A stretch of DNA of 59,966 nt from a virus (Duplodnaviria; Caudoviricetes). Position 1 is the stretch's first letter. Every line of letters starts with the position of its first letter. The notes beneath the pieces are model-generated. The model was not told where the DNA came from. It saw nothing but the letters and a program-made list of their open reading frames with translations, and made no database searches. This document shows, one piece after another, positions 8,501-16,658 of the stretch. Both the position numbers and the translations under genes were made by a program. The stretch is taken from IMG/VR virus record IMGVR_UViG_3300031451_000149, positions 1 to 59,966 of that record, one strand, 5' to 3'.

Positions 8501-9260
8501 CCTTAGCGTTAGGCAGCACTACGCCGGCTGGGTTCAGAACACTTGAAAAAGCGCCGTTTGCAATCATGCCAATAAAGGCGGCCCCGTTACTCTGCGTGCC
8601 GACAAAGTAAGCATTCGCCGTGCTGGTCTTGCTCGTCATGCGAGGCGCAAACCCCAGCTTGCCGGGGGATGCCAGAGTAATCCGTATTGTCCCGCCGGCT
8701 ACCACGTCGGACGCCGACAGCACGGTGATTGAAGCGCCAACTCCCAGGCTAAGGTTGCCGTTGCCGTCCAGCGCGTTAACAGCCTGCGCGTTATCCGTGA
8801 AGATACCCGTGGACGTGATCGCGTTGGCCCCGGTCGGCTGCGATCCGGCTGGACCCGCGAAGCTGGCGAGCAGCGTGGGTGTGGTGTTCGCCGGGGGAGG
8901 AGGCGCAGCCGCCACCGTCGAGTTGTTCGTGACTGCACGGCCCAGCACCGCAGCCGCGAGGGCCGGGCTGGTGAAGCCGGTGGCAGCCGAGAACGTCACC
9001 ACCTGCCCGGCCTGGACGGCGCCGGCCAACGTGCCCGTGCACGTCGCGGAAGCCGTGCCCGGCGTTGTCCAGGTGACGCTACGCCCGGTGCCGTCGACCA
9101 GCAGCGCCAGCGTGCCGGCGATGGTCGCGGGTTGGTTGAGGTTGAGCGTGAGGGTGAGGCCATCCGCGGCGAGGCTGGCCGACTGGATGGTGGTTAGAGT
9201 TGGGGCCGGCGCAGGGGTGGGCGCCGCGCGCCCCGTCACGAATAGATACAGGCGGGGCAT
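5565..9260 (-). CDS. Large virion fibre/tailspike-like protein with beta-sandwich repeats and right-handed beta-helix
   Basis: Start re-assigned to MPRLYL (GAAAGGA RBS), 1231 aa; beta-helix rungs DVTADNCQFDNNSNG...ITIKNCVFFNNG...VGHCLKTR; cadherin-like segments. Confidence 0.75.
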   Translation of the reverse strand: MPRLYLFVTGRAAPTPAPAPTLTTIQSASLAADGLTLTLNLNQPATIAGTLALLVDGTGRSVTWTTPGTASATCTGTLAGAVQAGQVVTFSAATGFTSPALAAAVLGRAVTNNSTVAAAPPPPANTTPTLLASFAGPAGSQPTGANAITSTGIFTDNAQAVNALDGNGNLSLGVGASITVLSASDVVAGGTIRITLASPGKLGFAPRMTSKTSTANAYFVGTQSNGAAFIGMIANGAFSSVLNPAGVVLPNAKVWDMNITDARMEIVADGVSLVTISNTQFPNAGFFGFRSIGSTPALVSKIESLTAAQAAAAYAAAHPAPATTARTLSFNGAAGVPTGVEALTNAYGNTSGITLTGSGALNLGTNDGAVAFLSGNGVVGNGTVTVNYAAGTNGKSAHLGFGSYGWQLASNNKMELNGPNGLFLEIDISPSRSFGVSIDSDTALLLVDGKVAHILTADPAALWGQLSIGTAAYPSGTLIDSIVIDPTPLPAPVLAPLTVTPRQVSTSVPTGYPVLGAGVATVGPTQIFQAPGILQTYAIAGADAASFYMRGDGYLTTSRPLSLGDKSISVTTTDAASGTSRTDALTIPVPQGNLIAAGSAGSVKLLNIPQNLNNNMMSPGLGTPTASGITGTKAWTISSPAGKIGVYGQIDCDTATGATAFVKQPAARADGHTFILTCSDGINTASEAFSVPVAFFVNPNAKVYVGPGNASTKPGYDHYHAHFDTLYPLIGAGYSLPDPAYAGGVIDLDDGGDDNYFADDFGTSYRDMMHGPLRIRNIGGPNGRRTRLGGRTDSYTFGYNLNQDKAAVLCNGGDIIFEGIRFSHCFGDLAPDRTYGGRTALRINGGNNGDVTADNCQFDNNSNGMEGGGGPNRITIKNCVFFNNGGSTQGSGQTHAAYIDAYELVYTNNLSYNNNVGHCLKTRCQLGTITDSTLADGAGGSASAQLNIPVLGTYLVARNVFHKGPTQQNPNCIGYGEDDYSRDRHDLLTLVDNVFFICAIDGSHNGSGRGITHFGRKSTIDGAYSKIVADRNSWFFSNPSTQKKIEAYNNAGDPDFGSGWTETNSTTLSVPPALNFADRGTANPPAEVPGRYNYLFYYGNDNYAYMDGLQITPSVKDIRVSASAAPGTVLATLTPYGADLFKVYNVPNDIRVNPFVNGGTWAISTASEFFAGAVWPPDGRYEVVPSADGKTAELRVGTAGLVGNRVDTPKVQVTAPNGTIAAWRYPVSVIA

Positions 9261-9359
9261 CAGCGGGCGTCCTTTCGAGGTGCTGCGGTCATAGCGGCGG
9301 TGTTCCTTGACGGTGCGGGGCCGGGGCGGCACGGTGCGGGGCACAGGACGGAGGGCAGC

Positions 9360-9533
9360 ATGGGATGGGTCTGGGCAAAGGTGCGACGCTGGCTGGCCGC
9401 ATGGGACGCGCACGATGCGGGCCGGCGGTCGTAGGACCGGGACTGCTGCCCCTACCGCGACCCGGTGCTGCGCGCCGCGTGGGGCCGGGGGCGCGACGGC
9501 CGGGACGCGGACGCCCTGATGCGGGAGTGGTAG
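9360..9533 (+). pseudogene. Ribosome-modulation-factor (RMF/CrpP)-like small gene with internal TAG
   Basis: GGAGG RBS; MGWVWAKVRRWLAAWDAHDAGRRS*DRDCCPYRDPVLRAAWGRGRDG...; TAG at 9432-9434. Confidence 0.55.
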
Positions 9534-9541
9534 GCATCAAG

Positions 9542-10345
9542 CTAGGTGAATGTGAAAGGATGGGTGTCAAAGCAGTGGGTCGCACCGTCCGACGTGATGA
9601 CCCAAGGGTAGTAGGTGCCTGGAGCGCTGCTTAAGGGGTATCCCCCGACATTGGTTTCCCAATTCCCGGCCTGGTAGCTGTTCCAAGCAGCAGTCGAATA
9701 GGCGCGGCTTCCCGGCCGGGGAGGAACGGTGGTGCTGGTGCTGAAGCCGGTGCTTAGGGTCCATCCAACTATCGGCAGGACGGTCGGCGTATATCGCGTC
9801 GCCCCATCCGCGCTTGACACGTTGAACTGAACAATTGCGTTAGGCTGGCTAAGTGTTCCCCCAAGGAAAGCAAAGGTGTAGTTGGGCGCAGGCGTCGGGT
9901 TCGGGCTAGGCGGCGGGGGTGACGTGCCGCCGCTCGGCTGAGGGTTGACCGCCGCCACGAGCTGCGCCGCCGTCACCCGTCCCGTCATCGTCCCGTCCGC
10001 GCTGCACACCGGGATGAGCATGTCCGCCGTGGGCGGTAGCGCGGGCAGATCGCCGATGCCCGGCGCCGTGCCCAGCAGCGCGCCCGCCAAGTTCGCCGTG
10101 CCGTCGCCGTTGCCGCGGAACTGCTGCCCGTCGCCCGGCGCCAAGTTGATGGCCGGCAGCCCCGTGACCGCCAGGGCCACGATGCCGATGCTGGCGTTCC
10201 GCACCTCAATTACATGGAAAGCTGGGACTTGCCCGAGGGTGTAGGTTCCGGCTGCGGTGATGATCACAATATCATCCGTAGGGGTGACGGTGCCCGGCGC
10301 AGTGACATTGCGGACGGCGTTTGGCAGTCTGACGAGATAGGTCAT
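9542..10345 (-). CDS. Putative fibre/decoration structural protein
   Basis: Beta-rich module, Pro-rich linker, aromatic C-terminal domain; lies in fibre cluster. Confidence 0.7.
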   Translation of the reverse strand: MTYLVRLPNAVRNVTAPGTVTPTDDIVIITAAGTYTLGQVPAFHVIEVRNASIGIVALAVTGLPAINLAPGDGQQFRGNGDGTANLAGALLGTAPGIGDLPALPPTADMLIPVCSADGTMTGRVTAAQLVAAVNPQPSGGTSPPPPSPNPTPAPNYTFAFLGGTLSQPNAIVQFNVSSADGATRYTPTVLPIVGWTLSTGFSTSTTVPPRPGSRAYSTAAWNSYQAGNWETNVGGYPLSSAPGTYYPWVITSDGATHCFDTHPFTFT

Positions 10346-10406
10346 GGATGGTCCTTGCTTGGGGCGGCGGGCTTAGGTCGTAGGGCGGCTGCGGCAGGGA
10401 GCGTCG

Positions 10407-11615
10407 TCATGCGATCACCAGCCAAGTCGGCGCAGGAACCAGCGTGCTATGAAGGTTGATGACATCCTTCGCCGCAGTGGGGCTACTGCCTTTCCCTGTG
10501 GAAATCGTCGTGCCTGGCGCGTCATCAATGTTCGCGGTCAGCGTGAAGCCGCCGGTCCCGCGGCGCTTGATGTTGATCCTATGACCTTCGACGGTGGGTG
10601 CAGCCAGCGTCATAGCGGCACCGTCCGGGACGTTGATGTCCGCCCGGTCGTCAAGTGGCGAGATCGGGCCGGCTGCCGTGTAGGTGGTGCGATTTGATCC
10701 TGCGCCGGGGTCAAAGCCAAGCACGGCCTGAAGCCGCCAGAACGTCCCTCCCGCGTTCATCATCAGGCCATAGCCGCGGCCTGCCAGGATCGGCACGCTC
10801 TGGTTGCCGTTCACAACGAGCGTCACCGCAGCGCCGCTATCGTTGGTGACGATAATGCTGCGGTTCGCGGCGCCGAGCGGCAGCGTGTAGGTGCCGTTGC
10901 TGCCGGTCAGGCGGAGCAGGTCAATGGCGGGATCAAGCGTGGTGGTCGCGCCGTAAACTTGCTGGGTCAGCGCAGCCGGGGTGCTGCCGCCGTAGCCTGC
11001 CGGCAACACATCCGCCGGCAGCTTGCGGTCGGCACCCAGCACGGCCGCGCCGAGAGCAGCGCCTGCGTTGCCGGTGGGGATGCGCGGCGCCTGCGCGGCC
11101 AGCAGCGTCGTGTGCCCGCTCACGAGTGCCGCAAGCGTGGCCACGCCGCTTTCGTCGGCGGCGAACTTGGCGGCGACCTCCCCGAACGTGTCCAGCGTCG
11201 CCGTCGCCGTGCCGATCAGCGTGGTTACGCGGGCGTCAACGCTGACGCCGACCTGCTGCGCGGTCTGGAACCCAAAAGGGTTGTTCGCCGCATACCGGCT
11301 TGTATCGGTCGGCGCCACGGCGTCGGCGCGCATGTAGTCGAGGCTGGTGCCGGCAGACCCGGTGCCGTTCATGGCTGGCGCGGCGTTGCTGGCGGATAGG
11401 ACGGTGCCGGTCGGCGTCGGCGTGGGAGGGGGCGGCGGGGTGGGCGTAGGAGTTGGGGTAGGCACTGGGGTCGGGGTGGGCGTCGGCGTCCCCGCGTCCG
11501 ACACCTGCACCACGTTCGGATCGTTCAAGTACTGCGCCACCAGCACGGGATCGGTGATGGTGTTGCCGATGCGATAGGGTCCAAACGGACGAACGACGCG
11601 CAGGGTTGTCACCAT
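10407..11615 (-). CDS. Tail fibre-like protein with (PT)n linker
   Basis: TPTPTPVPTPTPTPTPPPPP linker; ATLDTFGEVAAKFAADESG helical fibre motif; two C-terminal beta modules. Confidence 0.75.
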   Translation of the reverse strand: MVTTLRVVRPFGPYRIGNTITDPVLVAQYLNDPNVVQVSDAGTPTPTPTPVPTPTPTPTPPPPPTPTPTGTVLSASNAAPAMNGTGSAGTSLDYMRADAVAPTDTSRYAANNPFGFQTAQQVGVSVDARVTTLIGTATATLDTFGEVAAKFAADESGVATLAALVSGHTTLLAAQAPRIPTGNAGAALGAAVLGADRKLPADVLPAGYGGSTPAALTQQVYGATTTLDPAIDLLRLTGSNGTYTLPLGAANRSIIVTNDSGAAVTLVVNGNQSVPILAGRGYGLMMNAGGTFWRLQAVLGFDPGAGSNRTTYTAAGPISPLDDRADINVPDGAAMTLAAPTVEGHRINIKRRGTGGFTLTANIDDAPGTTISTGKGSSPTAAKDVINLHSTLVPAPTWLVIA

Positions 11616-11686
11616 GGCAATGGCTCCTCGTGGTGATCGGAGACGAGTTCAGGCAGGAGCGCCAGGCGCGGCGCGAGCGGATTGCG

Positions 11687-11869
11687 CTAAGCGGGCGGCG
11701 CGGGCGCCAGGGCAGGAGGTGCCGCGTTGGGGTCCGGCGCTGCGGGCGCACGGCCTGCCATGGCCAGGCGGATGCCGTCCAGCAAGGGCGCCACCTCGCG
11801 GTAGGGCCGCTCAACCAAGTAGCCGCCGATGGCCTGCATCAAGGCACCGGGCAATGTCACGTCATTCAT
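11687..11869 (-). CDS. Small fibre-associated protein
   Basis: AAGGAG RBS; YLVERPYREVAPLL motif typical of small genes following phage fibres. Confidence 0.7.
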   Translation of the reverse strand: MNDVTLPGALMQAIGGYLVERPYREVAPLLDGIRLAMAGRAPAAPDPNAAPPALAPAPPA

Positions 11870-11878
11870 GCAGGCTCC

Positions 11879-12865
11879 TTACGACAGACGTATGTGGACG
11901 CTGCCATCCGGGCGAAGGTAAAGGACCGAGGCCCCGACGCCCGCTGCGGTCGCTGCGGCATCGTCGGCATATGCGCCTGGGAACACTATGGCGACCGAGC
12001 TGCGGAACACTGCCGGAGCGACGCTGTTCATCTGCCCCACCTGGATACCGGCATTGCTGACGGCGATTTGGGACGTGCCGTTCTGCGACTGGTGGGATAC
12101 GCCGCCGTCGTTGAACACTATCGCGCCGCCGCCGCCGCCCTGGCCTCCAGGCTTGGAGCAGTCGGACCGGATGTTCGCGACGGGCTGGGCATCAATGTGG
12201 TTCCGCCACACGAAGGCGTAGCGTTCCGGCATGTCCATGGCGATGGGAGGGGCGAACTGGTCCACGTTGCCGGACACCGAGCCGGGGCCGAACACAATGC
12301 CGGAGGCAAAAGCCGCGCCGTTGGCGATAACCGCTATGGCGGAGGTCACATCGTTCACGGCGCGGCCTGGAACACGGGAGCCGAACGCAGCCAGCCACAG
12401 GGCGGGCGTAATGTCGGGCGGAATGAGCAGATAGGGGCTGTGCGTGACGCGGTTGCCCTCGTTGGTCACGTCGATCTCAACGCCTTGCGTGTTGCCTGCG
12501 CCGGGTCGACGGATCACCTCAAAGTAGGCGCCATAGTTGGTTTGGTTGAAGGCTGTGTTGTTGTTGTCCGCGAAGCCGAATATGGCGTAGCCCGACTGTG
12601 CGCCCGTCTGCGCCTGATCGCTGGAGCGCACCCCGAACACGCCTGCGCTGGAGCCGTTCCTGGACAGCGACACCAGCCCGTTGGTTGCCTCAAAGCCAGG
12701 CCCGATGATGGCGTCAAGCCAGCCTGTCGCGCCGATCACGAGGCGCAGGAACGGTCCGACTGGCTGCGCGAAGGCTGGCGTGTGCAGCAGATCGGCAAGC
12801 TCTCGCACGCTGAATTGCACCAAATCGCGGTCGCGCAGCCCCATCAGGGTGTCAATTGGCGCCAT
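11879..12865 (-). CDS. Tail fibre/receptor-binding-like protein
   Basis: Start re-assigned to MAPIDTL; Gly/Asn-rich beta rungs (NYGAYFEV, TQGVEIDVTN, FASGIVF). Confidence 0.7.
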   Translation of the reverse strand: MAPIDTLMGLRDRDLVQFSVRELADLLHTPAFAQPVGPFLRLVIGATGWLDAIIGPGFEATNGLVSLSRNGSSAGVFGVRSSDQAQTGAQSGYAIFGFADNNNTAFNQTNYGAYFEVIRRPGAGNTQGVEIDVTNEGNRVTHSPYLLIPPDITPALWLAAFGSRVPGRAVNDVTSAIAVIANGAAFASGIVFGPGSVSGNVDQFAPPIAMDMPERYAFVWRNHIDAQPVANIRSDCSKPGGQGGGGGAIVFNDGGVSHQSQNGTSQIAVSNAGIQVGQMNSVAPAVFRSSVAIVFPGAYADDAAATAAGVGASVLYLRPDGSVHIRLS

Positions 12866-12915
12866 GATCGGCGCTGCGGGCCGATCAGCGATCCGCGCCG
12901 TGCCGCCGGGTGCAG

Positions 12916-13878
12916 CTAGTACCAAAGCACAACCTCCGCCGCACCGCCGTTGCCGCCCTTGCCGTTCGGCCCGCCGGTGCCGCCCTGGCCGGGACCTCCG
13001 TCCGCGCCGTCCGATGGCGGACCTGGCGTATTGGCGGACGTGTTCGGGCCGTAGAGCGTGGCCGAGGCGCCGCCCACGCCGCCGTTGGACGTGCTGCCAG
13101 ACACCCAGCCGTAGCTGCCGAAGCCACCGCCGCGTGTGATGAGGGCGCCGGTCGCTACGCCTCCCCTTCCCGGCGAAGTGGAACTGGCGTTGCCCCCGGG
13201 CCCCGCCGTCATGCCGAGAAAAGTTGTGTCGGTGCTCGGCACGCCGACGCCGCCGCCCAGGCCGACGCGCCCGCCGTAAGCCGTCCCTGGGACGACCGAC
13301 TTGGGTCCGCAAGCGAAGCTGCCGCCGCCGCCGCCGTTGCCAGGGTTGCTCAAAGTACCGTTGCTGCCGGCGCCACCCGATCCCGTGATGTGCGGCGTCA
13401 CCTCGAATACCCAGTCTGGGCAAGTCCAGGTGAAGTCGCCGAAGGTTGAGAAGATCGCCCGTGGCGCGGCGGGCGTTCTAGCCAGCGGCATCCAGTTGGG
13501 GGCACCTGCTCCAGGATCGCCCCCGTTGTTGTCCACCGTGCTGGCCCAGCGCACGCCGGGCACTGTAGCCGACGCCAGCACGGCGCCCATGGGATAGCCA
13601 CCGATGGCGGCGGCGAAGGCAGCGTCGAACGTAGCCAAGCCGCCCGCAGCCAGCCAAACGTCCTGGACGCTGATGGTATAGAGGATACCGTTCATGTCCT
13701 GCTCGAACGGCGCCACGCCGCCCAATGCACGGGGTGTCATGCAAAGCGGCGGGAAGCCGTCCGCAAGCGACGCCGCGCCGGCTTTTATCGCGATCTGCGA
13801 GGCCGCGGGTATGACGTTCCTGGCCCCGTTGGCGGCGAAGGCGAGCGGGATGCGGGGAGGTCTGTCAACGGAGCGCAT
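12916..13878 (-). CDS. Baseplate-anchored tail fibre protein with glycine-rich domain
   Basis: PLAFAANGARNVIP...DGFPPLCMTP..GGVAP...DMNGILY N-terminus typical of Bcep781-like fibres; FTWTCPDWV...GSGGAG Gly-rich C-terminus. Confidence 0.85.
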   Translation of the reverse strand: MRSVDRPPRIPLAFAANGARNVIPAASQIAIKAGAASLADGFPPLCMTPRALGGVAPFEQDMNGILYTISVQDVWLAAGGLATFDAAFAAAIGGYPMGAVLASATVPGVRWASTVDNNGGDPGAGAPNWMPLARTPAAPRAIFSTFGDFTWTCPDWVFEVTPHITGSGGAGSNGTLSNPGNGGGGGSFACGPKSVVPGTAYGGRVGLGGGVGVPSTDTTFLGMTAGPGGNASSTSPGRGGVATGALITRGGGFGSYGWVSGSTSNGGVGGASATLYGPNTSANTPGPPSDGADGGPGQGGTGGPNGKGGNGGAAEVVLWY

Positions 13879-13893
13879 GGCGGTCCTTTCGCG

Positions 13894-14469
13894 TCAGGCA
13901 GCAGGGATTTGGTAGAACACCGCGACGCCGGCCGGCTTGGGCACCGCGCCTGACCCTTGCAGGATCGCCATGCTGATGAGATCGAGCGGGAACTCGAACA
14001 CGTAGCGCATCCGCATCTGGCCGAGGTCAAGGACGTAGCAGCGCCCGCCCGCCCCAAAGAGCGCCATCAGCAGCCGGTTCAGAACGGGGACGGCGCAGCT
14101 TGATATGTTCGCCGCCGCCTTGACCAGGATGAGCGTCCGGTAAGCATCGTCGGTCAGCGTGAAGTTCTGGGTCAGCGTGTCGTCGCTGACGAACGGTGCT
14201 TGGTCAAACGGCGCGAAGTCATCACCGCCATCGGTGTAAAAGCCGAAATTGTAGGGCGGAACAACCAAGGTGAGAACGCGCGACACGTCCACGATACGGC
14301 CCCAAACGTCAAGGCCATAGCCAGTTGCCGTGTCAATGTTCCAAATGGACTTGTAAAAGGCATCAAAATCCGCAGTCGGGTCTATGGCGTCGTTGATAGC
14401 GTCCAGGATCGCCAGCAGAACAGGCGATGTCGAATACTGGGATACGACCGTCTGCTGCCAATTCTGCAT
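13894..14469 (-). CDS. Baseplate wedge protein (DUF2612 family)
   Basis: SQYSTSP...WNIDTATGYGLDVWGRIV...DDAYRTLILVKAAANI...PKPAGV. Confidence 0.9.
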   Translation of the reverse strand: MQNWQQTVVSQYSTSPVLLAILDAINDAIDPTADFDAFYKSIWNIDTATGYGLDVWGRIVDVSRVLTLVVPPYNFGFYTDGGDDFAPFDQAPFVSDDTLTQNFTLTDDAYRTLILVKAAANISSCAVPVLNRLLMALFGAGGRCYVLDLGQMRMRYVFEFPLDLISMAILQGSGAVPKPAGVAVFYQIPAA

Positions 14470-14482
14470 CGGGCGTCCTGCG

Positions 14483-15688
14483 TCAAGCCAGCGTCACGGC
14501 GATCGTCGCGGCGCTGACCACCGGGGCCTGGTCAATGCGCAGCGTGGTGGCCGTACCTTGCGGCGTGCCTTGCTGGCCCACGGTCACGGCAAGGATGCGG
14601 ACCCAGGCCCCGAGCGCCGCGACGACGCCGTAATAGCGACTGGCGTAGACCGTGCCGCCGATCCGCGCCCGCTGCCCGCCGTCTGCGCCCGCGAAGGCGC
14701 GGATCACCGCCGCCTGCACCTGCGCGCTCACGTCGGACGGCACGTCGGGTCCGTTGGCGAGCGACACGGCGAACAGCACCGGGGTGGCCGCAGCCTGCTG
14801 GTAGCTCCTGACATAGGAGGGGTAGGGCTGGCTGTAGCTCGTGTCGTAGATGGTCTGCGAGGTGTTGCCGAAGGTGTCGCACCCAGGCGGCTTGCGGGTG
14901 TGGATGGCCCTGATGATGGCGGCGGGTTCGCCGCCGCTGACCGCCACGTAGAGCGAGTGCGGCGGCAGGGTGATGCCGCCGATCAGCAACGGCGCGTCGC
15001 TGCTGTTCTCGGTCACATAGGCGTCCAGCACGTTCGGCACGGACAGGACGTTGGCCTTGACGGACAGCAGGCTGCCCTGCGCGTTGAGCGCCACCGAGGC
15101 CGAGCGCTTCGCTTCAAACTGCGCGCGGCTCTCTACCAAGTTGCCCAGCACGCCTGCCGCTGGGTTCGTCACGCTGTCCCATCCGGGGATGGTCTGATAG
15201 AGGCCAAGGGTGCGGGCCGGGCAGGGTATCGGACCGGTCGCGGTGCAGGCGAAGGGCAGCGTGAGCGTCCCGTTGCCCGCGATGGTGCCGCTGGTCGTTG
15301 CGGCGTAGGTGTTGCCGTCGCTTGCGCGCGCCAGGGTGCCCGCCGGGATGACGACGCCGGGCAAGCCGATGCAGGACGCCTGCACGGTGGTGGGCCGCGC
15401 CGGGTCGCGGGTGATGAAGTAGATGCGCGCGATGCCGTCCTGCATCCGCCCGGCAGAAGTCGCGGGGTCAACGCCGGCCACGTAGGACCGGATCGCGTCG
15501 TTCTTGGCGGTGATGATCGCCGTGAGGCTGCTTGCGAGCTGGCCCTCGGGCGTGGCCAGGTTCGTGGTGTTGAGGTCGCCGCCGAACGCTGCCGCAAGGT
15601 CCGCCCATGCGCCGGCCAGCACCGCCGCTGCGTCGGGGGTGACGACGCCGGTTGGGCCTATCGCGAGCGGCGGCACGCTGGTCGGCAT
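14483..15688 (-). CDS. Baseplate J/gp47-like protein
   Basis: TPEGQLASS...GRMQDGIARIYF...FACTATGPI...GWDSVTNP...PHSLYVAVSGG. Confidence 0.92.
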   Translation of the reverse strand: MPTSVPPLAIGPTGVVTPDAAAVLAGAWADLAAAFGGDLNTTNLATPEGQLASSLTAIITAKNDAIRSYVAGVDPATSAGRMQDGIARIYFITRDPARPTTVQASCIGLPGVVIPAGTLARASDGNTYAATTSGTIAGNGTLTLPFACTATGPIPCPARTLGLYQTIPGWDSVTNPAAGVLGNLVESRAQFEAKRSASVALNAQGSLLSVKANVLSVPNVLDAYVTENSSDAPLLIGGITLPPHSLYVAVSGGEPAAIIRAIHTRKPPGCDTFGNTSQTIYDTSYSQPYPSYVRSYQQAAATPVLFAVSLANGPDVPSDVSAQVQAAVIRAFAGADGGQRARIGGTVYASRYYGVVAALGAWVRILAVTVGQQGTPQGTATTLRIDQAPVVSAATIAVTLA

Positions 15689-16041
15689 CAGAAGGATGCC
15701 GCCGCCGCGCTGCCGTCCGCCGTCGTGATCTGCACCTGCCCCGTGACGGTGCGGTCCTGGATGCCGTCAATGAAACAGGCGGCCGACACGACGCCGGGCA
15801 CGGTCAGCGCCGCCTCCTGCAACTGCGCCTTCACGTAGCCAAGGGACGGGAAGCGGCCCAGTATCTGTTCGAAGTAGGGAACGCCCTGCCGCGTGTCATA
15901 CCATAGCTCCCCGAGAAACAAGCGGCACGCGCTGGCCGCGTCCTGCGCCAGGGCATAGGGGCCGGTGCAGGTGGCGATGCTGCCGCTGGCCGTGAGGCAC
16001 AGGTCCCAGTTGTCTCTCTGGAGCAACATGGTGCGGCTCAC
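15688..16041 (-). CDS. Baseplate wedge/sheath initiator (gp25-like)
   Basis: WDLCL...QDAASACRLFLGELWYDTRQGVPY...LTVPGV. Confidence 0.85.
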   Translation of the reverse strand: MSRTMLLQRDNWDLCLTASGSIATCTGPYALAQDAASACRLFLGELWYDTRQGVPYFEQILGRFPSLGYVKAQLQEAALTVPGVVSAACFIDGIQDRTVTGQVQITTADGSAAAASF

Positions 16042-16658
16042 GGCTGCGGAACGCCTGTGATGCCGGAACCGGTCTGCACGCCGATGTGCCGATGGGTGGC
16101 CCCAATGTTCGTGCCGTTGTGGGTCACGGTGGTTCCCTTCAAGGCGATGGTCGGCGCGTCCAGCGTGATTGAGTTTGGCGCCTTGACCGATACGCCGTCC
16201 GCGCTGACCTGCACGAACACCGCAGCCGCTTGGGTCAGCACGCCGCCGAAGTAGAAGCCGTCCGACATGCTGTTCTGCCGGAAGCTGCCGGGGTTGGCCG
16301 GCTTGCCTGTCGCCTTTACGGCCGAGATATCGCGCGAGGCGAACACCGCAACGCCGATGTCACCGGGCAGCGGGTCCACGATGAAGGCGGCGCCGCCGGC
16401 CGCATACCGGAAGTAGGGTAGGCCGTGGACGGTGCCGTGGGGGATCGCTTGGCCGATGCCGTCCACTTGGTTCACCATGGGCTGCACGTCCACGCTGCCG
16501 CTGCCTGCGGTGCCGGGATGCACCGCCGTCACCATGACGACCGTTGCGGTGTTCATGCGGTTCATCATCGTGCCGACGAAGCGGGCCATTGCCTTGATGG
16601 GATCGCTGCTTTCGCCAGGCTGCACCTGCCCTGCGTAGCCGTCCGCTGCATCGGTCAA
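16038..16658 (-). CDS. Baseplate central spike (gpV/Gp138-like)
   Basis: VDVQPMVNQ...PGDIGVAVFASRDIS...C-terminal HRH metal-binding motif (ATHRHIGVQTG). Confidence 0.88.
   Translation of the reverse strand: MTDAADGYAGQVQPGESSDPIKAMARFVGTMMNRMNTATVVMVTAVHPGTAGSGSVDVQPMVNQVDGIGQAIPHGTVHGLPYFRYAAGGAAFIVDPLPGDIGVAVFASRDISAVKATGKPANPGSFRQNSMSDGFYFGGVLTQAAAVFVQVSADGVSVKAPNSITLDAPTIALKGTTVTHNGTNIGATHRHIGVQTGSGITGVPQP

Noticed and set aside
2202-9533. Stop-codon recoding suggested by two genes with in-frame stops
   Set aside because: The stops differ (TGA and TAG), and both codons terminate many intact core genes; independent nonsense mutations are simpler
11410-11490. Quasi-repeat GGCGTCGG/GGGGTGGG tract
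   Set aside because: Simply encodes the Pro-Thr linker with varied codons; no sign of a contingency locus
11879-13423. 514-aa version of the fibre ORF
   Set aside because: The N-terminal 186 codons are an off-frame overlap of the Gly-rich gene; the real start is likely 12865
5565-13878. Diversity-generating retroelement or invertible fibre cassette
   Set aside because: No reverse transcriptase, template/variable repeat pair or invertase seen
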